Origin: an uncultured Chroococcidiopsis sp.
Lineage (GTDB): Bacteria; Cyanobacteriota; Cyanobacteriia; Cyanobacteriales; Chroococcidiopsidaceae
Length of the DNA: 64,000 nt
NCBI GenBank assembly: GCA_964248365.1
Contig: CAXTYC010000003.1
Span: 192,001 to 256,000, forward strand
Reading direction: 5' to 3'
The notes beneath the pieces are model-generated. The model searched no databases, had not been told where the DNA came from, and saw only the letters and a list, made by a program, of their open reading frames with translations. Of this stretch, positions 52,594 to 61,010 are shown one piece after another (the first letter of the stretch is position 1; every line of letters starts with the position of its first letter). A program made the translations under genes and the position numbers.

Positions 52594-53670
52594 ATGTCTC
52601 AAAAAAACGAAACAGCTGTTTTAGTCTTAGCCCTTTTGATTACAGCTGGGTTATTGGCTAGCGGTTTCTGGTGGTTGACCAGACAATCTCGTGTTGACCT
52701 AGAAGGAATTACAAACTCTGTGCCTCCTACTATTGGCAATCCTAGTGTTAGTAACTCTAACTTTGTGCCGTTACCCCAAGTATCGAGCAATTTAAATTTT
52801 GCCTCTGTACAAAATGTTCCTAATGGATTATTTAATTATGGTGGCAGTACCTCATGGGCTCCGATTCGATTAGCCATTGATCCGAAGATAGAAGCATCCA
52901 AACCAGGATTTCATCTGCGCTATGTCGACCCAGTCAGTGTTGCTCCTGGCTCTAACAGTGGCATTCGGATGCTAATTGAAGGTAAAATTACCTTTGCTCA
53001 GTCTTCTCGACCGCTGTCTGACGAGGAATTATCCCGCGCCCTTGTGCGGGGTTTTGGGCTTAAACAAATTCCGGTAGCGATTGATGGGTTAGCGATCGCC
53101 ACTCATCCCGACTTAAATATCCCTGGACTAACTTTACAACAGGTCAAAGCAATTTACACAGGTAAGATCACCAACTGGAAACAAGTTGGTGGTCCTAATG
53201 TGCCAATCAAGCCTTATTCCCGCCCCATCAGTGACGGCGGTACAGTTGAACTTTTTGTTCAAGACATCCTTGCAGGTCAATCTTTCGCAGCTAATGTGGA
53301 GTTTGTTGCTACCACAACCCAAGCCTTACAAAAACTGGCTAGTAACCCAGGTGGAATCTACTATGCCTCTGCACCGGAAGTTGTACCACAATGTACAATT
53401 AAGCCCTTGCCGCTTGGTCGCCAGCCTGGTAAATTTGTACCACCCTACCTGGAGCCTTTTATCGGGCGATCGCTTTGTCCAGGTCAACGCAATCAACTCA
53501 ATATAGAAGCCTTTCAAACAGGACAGTACCCAATTACGCGCAACTTGTTTGTTGTAGTCAAACAGAATGGTCAAATTGAGCAGCAAGTTGGGGAGGCTTA
53601 TGCCAACTTGCTACTGACAGAACAGGGACAGGCGTTGATTGCTGGGGCTGGGTTTGTGAGAATTCGGTAA
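52594..53670 (+). CDS. Orphan PstS-like (type 2 PBP) binding protein with an N-terminal TM anchor
   Basis: Motifs FNYGGSTSWAP, GSNSGIRML, VAIDGLAIA, ITNWKQVGG and YPITRNLFVVVK. There is no lipobox. Confidence 0.88.
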   Translation: MSQKNETAVLVLALLITAGLLASGFWWLTRQSRVDLEGITNSVPPTIGNPSVSNSNFVPLPQVSSNLNFASVQNVPNGLFNYGGSTSWAPIRLAIDPKIEASKPGFHLRYVDPVSVAPGSNSGIRMLIEGKITFAQSSRPLSDEELSRALVRGFGLKQIPVAIDGLAIATHPDLNIPGLTLQQVKAIYTGKITNWKQVGGPNVPIKPYSRPISDGGTVELFVQDILAGQSFAANVEFVATTTQALQKLASNPGGIYYASAPEVVPQCTIKPLPLGRQPGKFVPPYLEPFIGRSLCPGQRNQLNIEAFQTGQYPITRNLFVVVKQNGQIEQQVGEAYANLLLTEQGQALIAGAGFVRIR

Positions 53671-53696
53671 ATCTCATACCATGCCACTAACAAATA

Positions 53697-54414
53697 TTAA
53701 CTAGGTCTATTGATAGAATCTGCTGGTAAACAGATCAGATTATCTTCCTGAGTAATCAGTAAACCGCGTTGACGCAATTTGCCCATTAAACGAGTTACAG
53801 TTACACGGGTTGAGCCAATGGCACTACCAATTTGAGCGTGGGTGAGAGTAAATGGTAAAGAATAACCGCGCAAAACTTCTGGATCTTCTTCACTAACTGA
53901 TGGCTCTCCGTACTCTTCGACTAACAGCGTTAGAAATCCCAACAGTCGATCAATCGTCCGTCGCTGTCCTAAGGCACTCAACCAAAGGAGTTTACGCTGA
54001 TGCTGATAGCGAAAGGCATCTAGAACTTCTCGCCGGAAGTGGGGCCAGTTGTCCAAGTCATGCCAGTACATCCACACTACCAAAGTTGGCTCAACATGGG
54101 CATGAGCTTGCAGTGTAAATGGAGACTGGGCAACAATTTCAAACGGCTGTCCTGCACCAACGAAGCCTAAAAAAGCTTCTTCTGGTGTTCTGTTAATGCG
54201 TCGAGATGCTAGCTGACTAGTAGCACTAATTTGAGCAGTACCCACTAGTCGCACAGCACCTCTTTGCACCAAATACAGCAGTCCAGGTCGAGCAGGAATT
54301 CGCTCATCTTTGCTAAAAGATCGAACCCGATAGTGTTCCTGCGCCCAGTCTAGAATCCGTTGCCAAGTTAAAAATGGTCTTTGTGGCTCTGGAGAAGCGG
54401 ATGGGGAATGCATA
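53697..54414 (-). CDS. Crp/Fnr-family transcriptional regulator
   Basis: C-terminal HTH LTHAQIGSAIGSTRVTVTRLMGKLR. The start is placed at MHSPSAS. Confidence 0.9.
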
Positions 54415-55136
54415 ATGGAAGCGGTTGGCGGATAGACAAAAACGTCAACAACAAGCGCAGCCGTTGCCAGTATCCAAGCTGTTTGAACTTCACTTCTCAA
54501 AACAGTGGAAATTGGTGGCTACTTTCGTGAGCTAAGCTCTACATTTCTTTTAATGGTCTAACAAAATGATCCTAGTATTTAAAATCACTTAATTATCTAC
54601 TAAATTTTCCATATTTGTATTTTTTTTTTCACTCTTACAACTCAATCTTAAAACAACAGATAGTGTAAACAATTAAACAAGGCAATTGCAAGTTATCCCC
54701 TCTTTAATGATTGTACGGGGGCGAGGAAAATTGTGCCATGAATGTTTGATTAACATACAATCTAGGATATTTACACTGTGAATTTACTTAAGTAATTAAG
54801 CTCGCTTAGAAAAGACTGGTAATTTTTCAGTAGAATTACGGTTGAAGTTGCTCAAGGGTAGGGGTATTTTCCTTGGAGGCATTAATGCCGTTAAGCTATC
54901 TCAAAAAACTAGTAGGTAGGGCAATTCATCTTGCTGGCTAAACTGGAGTACTTAATTTGTATGTCCAGGGCAAATCCCCAAGCAGGGGATGGACTAATAG
55001 TAAAATCTCACCTTTTTAGTGAGAGGCAAGGCGATATTGGAGACCAGAGATTTTAGATTGGGAACTCTCTCGAAGGACGGATACCCATGCTTTCTTCTAG
55101 TTCCTCTGGTTCCTCTGGTTTTTCTAACCCTCATGA

Positions 55137-55994
55137 TTGGCTGTGAATTACCAGTTGTCGTCGGTTAAGTATCTAGCAATCAAGCAGCTTTTGGTCGATC
55201 GCCTGCAAGCGGCGCTTGATTTGTACATTGGTGAGTGTGGCCAAGACCTGCTGCTAAAAAGCCACATTTCGCTCAAACGAGCCAAACAGGCTGGTCGAGT
55301 TTTATATGTTTGCGCGATCGCCCAACAGCTAAGTAAAACTCTCAACGAGCCTCCAGGGGAAATCGCCACCGCCTTAGCCCAGCTTGTTTTGTGCCAAACA
55401 GATGGGCAAGATTTTACCGTCCAAGTCGTTGAGCCTGGTTGGATTTATTTAGAATTAACTCAGTCTTACCTAGCAAGCCTGTTGCAACACCTGACTCAAG
55501 CACCACCTTTGTTGAAAAGACAAGGAGGAGGGGGGAACTTGGGGGACTTCGAGCTTCAATATACTCATGCTCGTTGCTGCTCAATTTTGCAACTAGCTCA
55601 CACAGAAAAATTAATTCATCTCCAGCGGGTAGATTCTGATACCAAATCGGCTTTGTGGCTGCCTATTAGCCCTAACCCTATTCCTTGGTTCAACTGTGAG
55701 CAGATTTGCCCCTGTCATCCTGCCCAATGGGCTTTGATGTCCCAGCTGTTGACAATTTTAGATGATCTCTATTGCCCCTGTCCTTCCCGTCAACCGATCA
55801 ACTGGCATAAAGCAGCACTAAATTTAAGTCAAGCTTTTCAAACCTTCTACAGTCAATGCCGTATCTGGGGCGAGGTAAAAAGCCAAAATATCCATCTAGC
55901 TCAAGCAAGATTAGGTTTGGTTTTGATTACCCAATCAGTTTTACGTTTATTGCTGCAAGATCAGCTGGGGATCATTGCTCCATCCGAACTTTAA
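55137..55994 (+). CDS. Stand-alone ArgRS-like protein (N-terminal domain plus DALR anticodon-binding domain)
   Basis: It reads PGEIA...PGWIYLEL, LQYTHARCCSIL and F..FYSQCRI...ARLGL...LGIIAPSEL. There is no HIGH/KMSKS domain. Confidence 0.82.
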   Translation: MAVNYQLSSVKYLAIKQLLVDRLQAALDLYIGECGQDLLLKSHISLKRAKQAGRVLYVCAIAQQLSKTLNEPPGEIATALAQLVLCQTDGQDFTVQVVEPGWIYLELTQSYLASLLQHLTQAPPLLKRQGGGGNLGDFELQYTHARCCSILQLAHTEKLIHLQRVDSDTKSALWLPISPNPIPWFNCEQICPCHPAQWALMSQLLTILDDLYCPCPSRQPINWHKAALNLSQAFQTFYSQCRIWGEVKSQNIHLAQARLGLVLITQSVLRLLLQDQLGIIAPSEL

Positions 55995-56033
55995 GCACTT
56001 ATCTATCTTTGGGTAGATATTTTTCAAAGGGGG

Positions 56034-56062
56034 GTGACAAATCAGAAAAGTTCAAATATAGT
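56034..56062 (+). promoter_or_regulatory. Sigma70-type promoter of the Yfr2-like RNA
   Basis: -35 GTGACA (56034-56039), a 17-bp spacer, then -10 TATAGT (56057-56062), 6 bp before GTGTGAGGAG. Confidence 0.7.
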
Positions 56063-56068
56063 ATGGGG

Positions 56069-56131
56069 GTGTGAGGAGCGAACCAGTCAGGACACCGAGA
56101 CGAAACACGGCCAGTCGTCGGTGTCCTTTCT
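56069..56131 (+). ncRNA. yfr2: Yfr2-family (cyano-1) small RNA
   Basis: It has a 5' GTGTGAGGAG, a stem AGGACACCGA/TCGGTGTCCT enclosing a GAAACACGG loop, and a T tract. Confidence 0.75.
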
Positions 56132-56223
56132 GATTTATCAGCTATTAGCGATTAGCTGTTAGCTGGCTTGGTAACTGGTAGTTGGTAGTTGGTAGTTGGT
56201 AACTGGTAACTGCGCGGTAGCTA

Positions 56224-57054
56224 TTATGCAAGTAAGAATTCTTCAATTGCTGCTGCTGCTCCATCTTTGTCTACACTAGGAGCTACCCACTGGGCAACAG
56301 CTTGTACATCGGCTGGGGCATTGCCCATCGCTACACCAATTCCAGCATATTCGAGCATTTCCAAATCATTGAAGTTATCGCCAATTGCCATCACGTTAGC
56401 TGCACTAATCCCAAGCAGTTCCTCGGCTAGGTAACGTACGCCAGTTCCTTTGTTGACTAAGGGGTTAGTGGCTTCAAAAAATGTAGCAACCGATGTTGTT
56501 AGGTATAGTTCAGCTGGTGTGTATTGCAGGCGGAGGTCACACAGTAAATTATTAATGATCGTGGTGTCGTCACTAAGAGCTAGGATTTTTGTGGGTTCAT
56601 CGGCTAGAACTTGACGCAAATCACCAACGGGTATAGCTTCGACTCCAGAGCGTTCTGAGTAAATTTGTGTTTGGGGAGTTAATTCGCGGACATACAAAGA
56701 GTCGTTAATGTAAAAGTGAATCGAAAGCAGCGATCGCAACAAAGGTTGCTCAAAGTAATCTAGTAGCTGCCCAGCCTTTTGCTTGTCAACAGTCCAGTGT
56801 CGATGCATTTTCTGGGTAGCAGGATCTTGAATCCAAGCTCCTTGATATGCCATTAGTGGTAAAGTAGAGCCGATTTCCTGGTAAAAGCGTAAAGCAGAAC
56901 GATACATCCGTCCCGTAGCAAGCGCCACTTGTACACCTGTCTGAGCAGCTGCCAATATTGCCTGTTTTACCGTTGGGCTAATTTGATTAGACGATCCTGC
57001 GATCGTGCCATCAATATCTAGCACGAGCAATTTAATCTCGGTATCTATACCCAC
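56224..57054 (-). CDS. Cof-type HAD-IIB hydrolase
   Basis: Motifs LDIDGT, ATGR, NKGTG, AIGDNFNDLEM and VAMGNA. Confidence 0.93.
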   Translation of the reverse strand: MGIDTEIKLLVLDIDGTIAGSSNQISPTVKQAILAAAQTGVQVALATGRMYRSALRFYQEIGSTLPLMAYQGAWIQDPATQKMHRHWTVDKQKAGQLLDYFEQPLLRSLLSIHFYINDSLYVRELTPQTQIYSERSGVEAIPVGDLRQVLADEPTKILALSDDTTIINNLLCDLRLQYTPAELYLTTSVATFFEATNPLVNKGTGVRYLAEELLGISAANVMAIGDNFNDLEMLEYAGIGVAMGNAPADVQAVAQWVAPSVDKDGAAAAIEEFLLA

Positions 57055-57253
57055 TGTTTTTTGTAAATCCTACTCAACTAGAGATAATTTCTGTATAACT
57101 TGCTTGCCATCCCTCATCGCAGTTAGAGGTTAATAGGGGGGCTAGGGGCTAGAGGCGAGAGGAACCAGAGGCGAGAGGCTAGTCTGCCCCCTGCCAAAGT
57201 GTCCCCCTGCTCCCCCAGTGCCAACACAGGCGTCTTAGAGGTAACACAGCTTA

Positions 57254-58006
57254 CTAGGGGGTAGTTGGTGCGGGGGAAGGCTGTGTGGTTGGTGTTTGAT
57301 TTTGTGGTTGAGTCGGAGATGTTTGATTGGGTGGTTGAGTTGGTGCGGGGGAAGGCTGCTGCTGTGGCAGTGTTTGGTTCAGTTGTTGAGTCGGTGTAGG
57401 AGTGAGTTGCTGATCTGGTGGAAATTGTTCTCGCGGGATGAAATTGGGTGAGAACTCAAGGGGGCGATCGCTTGAACTAATACAAGTCTCCAAAGCCTGG
57501 TTGGGAGTAAGCTTTATTTCCCGCCCTAATCCCACTACACATTCAGCATACTGCGTTGGTAAAAGGCTGCGAGTACAGTAATCCAACACGCCAGGAACTT
57601 GCCCTTGTATGTTGTTACTAATGCCAACTACACATCTAGATAAATCAATTGGTCGTCGCACTTGTCTACAACTGTCCAAAGCTTGTCCGGCGGCGATTTG
57701 TGTTTGCCTTCTGATCTGAACTACACAACGGGCTACATCTGGTGGATTGAGCGCTCCTGCACAAGCAGTTGTTGCCGCTTGTGCTGATACCCCCGTACCT
57801 GCTAGGCGACTGGCGCACAGCCGATATGCATTTCTGTTAGTCGAAGTAGGAATATTGGCAGCAAGACTTGGGAAACTAATTCCCAATAATCCAGAAACAG
57901 CCAAGCCACTAGCCGCTAAGTGAATCAAACTTGCACTATGAGCTTTTGACGTATATAGATTAACTCTTGTTTTTGTCAGCATTACATTAGTTCTTCCTAA
58001 CACCAA
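57254..58006 (-). CDS. Secreted hypothetical protein with Cys repeats and a Pro/Gln/Thr tail
   Basis: It has a signal-like segment ending PSLAA and repeats of A...C.....P.....CV. Confidence 0.7.
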   Translation of the reverse strand: MVLGRTNVMLTKTRVNLYTSKAHSASLIHLAASGLAVSGLLGISFPSLAANIPTSTNRNAYRLCASRLAGTGVSAQAATTACAGALNPPDVARCVVQIRRQTQIAAGQALDSCRQVRRPIDLSRCVVGISNNIQGQVPGVLDYCTRSLLPTQYAECVVGLGREIKLTPNQALETCISSSDRPLEFSPNFIPREQFPPDQQLTPTPTQQLNQTLPQQQPSPAPTQPPNQTSPTQPQNQTPTTQPSPAPTTP

Positions 58007-58034
58007 TTTGTTTAACTAGAAAAGGGCGCTCTTG

Positions 58035-58097
58035 CTAGAGGAACCAGAGGAACTAGAGGAACCAGAGGAACCAGAGGAACCAGAGGAACCAGAGGCT
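58035..58097. repeat. 9-bp tandem repeat (AGAGGAACC)n
   Basis: About 6-7 units lie upstream of rpsD, with related units at about 55097-55120 (reverse) and 57158-57170. Confidence 0.85.
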
Positions 58098-58266
58098 AGG
58101 GAAAAGGGAAAAGGTAATTCATAATTTCTCCCTCTGCCCCCTGCTCCCCTGCTAAAGTGCTCTCTTCTAGCTCGTCTAAATACCCAGTTTCTAGATCCAG
58201 TTCCTCAATTTAGATTTATAATGGAATATTTGGAGAAGTTTGACAAGGATTAGAAGAGGAAATTGA

Positions 58267-58875
58267 ATGTCCCGATATCGAGGACCACGACTGAGGGTTG
58301 TCCGTCGCCTGGGCGACTTACCAGGATTAACCCGTAAAAATGCCAGACGCACTTACCCGCCAGGTCAGCATGGACAGAACCGTAAAAAGCGTTCTGAATA
58401 TGCTATCCGTCTAGAGGAGAAGCAAAAACTACGCTTCAATTATGGCTTGACTGAAAAGCAGTTGCTACGTTATGTTCGTCGAGCCAGACGAGTTACTGGT
58501 TCTACAGGACAAGTGCTGCTACAATTGCTGGAAATGCGTTTAGATAACACCGTCTTTCGCATGGGGATGGCTCCCACTATCCCAGCAGCTCGTCAGCTAG
58601 TCAATCATGGTCATGTAATGGTTAATGGTCGCGTGGTTAATATTGCTAGCTATCAGTGCCGACCTGGAGAAGTGATCGCTGTCAGAAACCGCGAACAATC
58701 GCGCAAGTTAGTAGAAACCAATTTACAATACCCAGGGTTGGCAAACTTGCCCAGCCATCTAGAATTTGACAAGAATAAGATGGAAGGTAAGGTTAACGGC
58801 TTAGTTGAGCGCGAATGGGTAGCACTACAAATCAACGAACTGCTAGTAGTTGAGTACTACTCACGACAAGCTTAA
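58267..58875 (+). CDS. rpsD: 30S ribosomal protein S4
   Basis: Motifs [27 protein letters not shown] and VVEYYSR. Confidence 0.99.
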   Translation: MSRYRGPRLRVVRRLGDLPGLTRKNARRTYPPGQHGQNRKKRSEYAIRLEEKQKLRFNYGLTEKQLLRYVRRARRVTGSTGQVLLQLLEMRLDNTVFRMGMAPTIPAARQLVNHGHVMVNGRVVNIASYQCRPGEVIAVRNREQSRKLVETNLQYPGLANLPSHLEFDKNKMEGKVNGLVEREWVALQINELLVVEYYSRQA

Positions 58876-58940
58876 GTTTTTCGTGCTTGCACCTGCGCGG
58901 CTGCGGTGTGCAATTTAATTAACTATCAGGTTTTTTTCAT

Positions 58941-58976
58941 CAAGCTCTCTGAATCCGTCACTCAGGGAGCTTGTTT
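58941..58976 (+). terminator. Terminator-like hairpin downstream of rpsD
   Basis: CAAGCTCTCTGA-N9-TCAGGGAGCTTG followed by TTT. Confidence 0.6.
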
Positions 58977-59076
58977 GATATTGTTTTCAATATGTCTTGA
59001 AAAATGACAGTGCTGTTATGAGCGTTCGTTTTCGGGCTTGCTCTGAGCCGAACTTTATGGATAGCATATATCTAAT

Positions 59077-60836
59077 TTGAAGACATTTGGTAGCAGTACA
59101 ATTAACTTCTATCAGCGCCCTTCTCTACTCAACTGGCGTACCCTATGGAGTTTGCTATTTGTCGCGTCCTTGATTTGGGCGTTGAACACAGCCCGTTTAT
59201 GGGAGCGGGATTTAATCAACGAGGGTGGCTTTCCTCTGGTGCTGCGCTTTGTGGTGGCTGCTACTCGTCCCTACCTTGCACCGGAATTTTTGCAACTGAC
59301 AATAGATGCTACGTTAATAACCCTAGCATATGCTGTATGCGGCACATTCTTCAGTGTGCTGTTTGGATTGGTTGGGGGTATTCTGTCTTCAGAAGTTTGG
59401 TGGCAATCTGTTAGTAAAGGCAGGTTTCAAACTTGTTACAGCATTATTTGGCTAGCACTGCGAAGTGCGTTGGCAATTCCTAGAGCTATTCATGAACTAA
59501 TCTGGGGATTGTTTTTTATAAATATTTTTGGTCTTGATCCATTGGTTGCCATTTTGGCGATCGCCATTCCATTTGGGGCAATTACTGCTAAAGTCTTTTC
59601 AGAGATTTTGGATGAAACACCCAGGCTACCATTGATGGCACTGCTTAATAGTGGTGTATCACCCCTAAATGCTTTTGCTTACAGCCTGCTTCCCCAAGCT
59701 TTTCCCAATCTGCTTTCTTACAGCTTTTATCGGTTTGAATGCTCAATTCGATCTGCTGCGGTACTAGGTATTATCGGTGCTGGTGGACTGGGTTATCAAC
59801 TTCTCCTAAGTCTCCAATCTCTACGCTATGAGCAGGTGTGGACATTGATGATTGCTCTAGTAATCTTGAGTGGTAGCACTGATTTTTGTAGTGCGGTGCT
59901 TCGCCGTCGCCTAGTCGCTCCCAGTCGCTTGGATTTGAATGTATTAAACCTTTATGGGCGGGGAAAAGAGAGCAGAGGGGCAGGGGAGCACTTTAGCCCA
60001 GGGGGGCAGGGGAGAAATTACGAATTACCTTTACCCTTTACCCTTTCCCTTTTCCCTCTATTTACTACATTTGTTTTAATAATATTTTCCTTCTGGTACG
60101 TTAAAGCGGATTTCGGTAAACTTTGGTCATTCCGCACGGCTCAATTGTTGGTAGGAGTGATACAAGATGCCTTTCCACCAGATGTTAGTCAAGTAAGTCA
60201 GTTATTCACTCTTTCGGCTCAAACAGTAGCTATGTCAATTTTGGCGATCGCCATTGCTGGTTTAGGAGGTATTTTACTTTCTTTTCCAGCTGCTAATAAC
60301 TTTTTGTTGCCAGGAGGAATTTTAGATACAGGCGGTAATCAAAATCGTGTTTTGGGAATAACATTTTAATTTTCACACGAATATTACTGCTGTTTACGAG
60401 GGCTATTCCTGAAGTCTTTTGGGCGTTGATTTTTTTATTTGTGTTGTTTCCTGGGATTCTACCTGGATCTTTCGTGCTGGGTATACATAATTTAGGTATA
60501 CTGGGTCGTTTAATGGCAGAGGTAATAGAGAATTTGGATGAAAAACCACTGCGATCGCTTAAAGCTTTAGGAGCAACAGCCCCTTCTGCCTTACTATATG
60601 GTGTTTTACCTGGTACTATACCTAGTTTTTTCGCTTACATTCTCTACCGATGGGAAGTCTGCCTTCGTGCCACAGTGATAGTAGGTTTAGTTGGTGCTGG
60701 TGGCTTAGGGCGACTGTTGACAGAACAATTAAGCAGCTTTGACTATAAAGGTGTGGTAACAACTGTGATCTGTTTTATCTGTCTGACTTTTATAGTAGAC
60801 CTGATTAGTACTGCCGTAAGACGGGCGTTACGGTAA
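59077..60836 (+). pseudogene. PhnE/PtxC-family double-domain ABC permease, frameshifted near 60365
   Basis: The first domain has RAIHELIW and YRFECSIR. After GITF* the shifted frame reads FTRILLLFTRAIPEVFWAL and joins the 60426 ORF (YRWEVCLR...GAGGLG). Confidence 0.85.
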
Positions 60837-61010
60837 TCCAATTAGAGCAGGGGGGACTCGGAGTCCCCGTCCCCGAAGGGGATGGGGATTGGGGGGAGAG
60901 AGGGGCAGGGGGGCAGAGGAGAAATTATGAATTCCCTTTACCCTTTACCGCAATACCTCTTTACCCTACTCCCTACTCCCTACTCCCTACTCCCTACTCC
61001 CTGCTATACT

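Noticed and set aside
58035..58097. Regular repeats as a possible CRISPR array
   Set aside because: These are 9-bp tandem units with no unique spacers. No 25-40-bp repeat/spacer pattern or cas gene was seen anywhere in the window.
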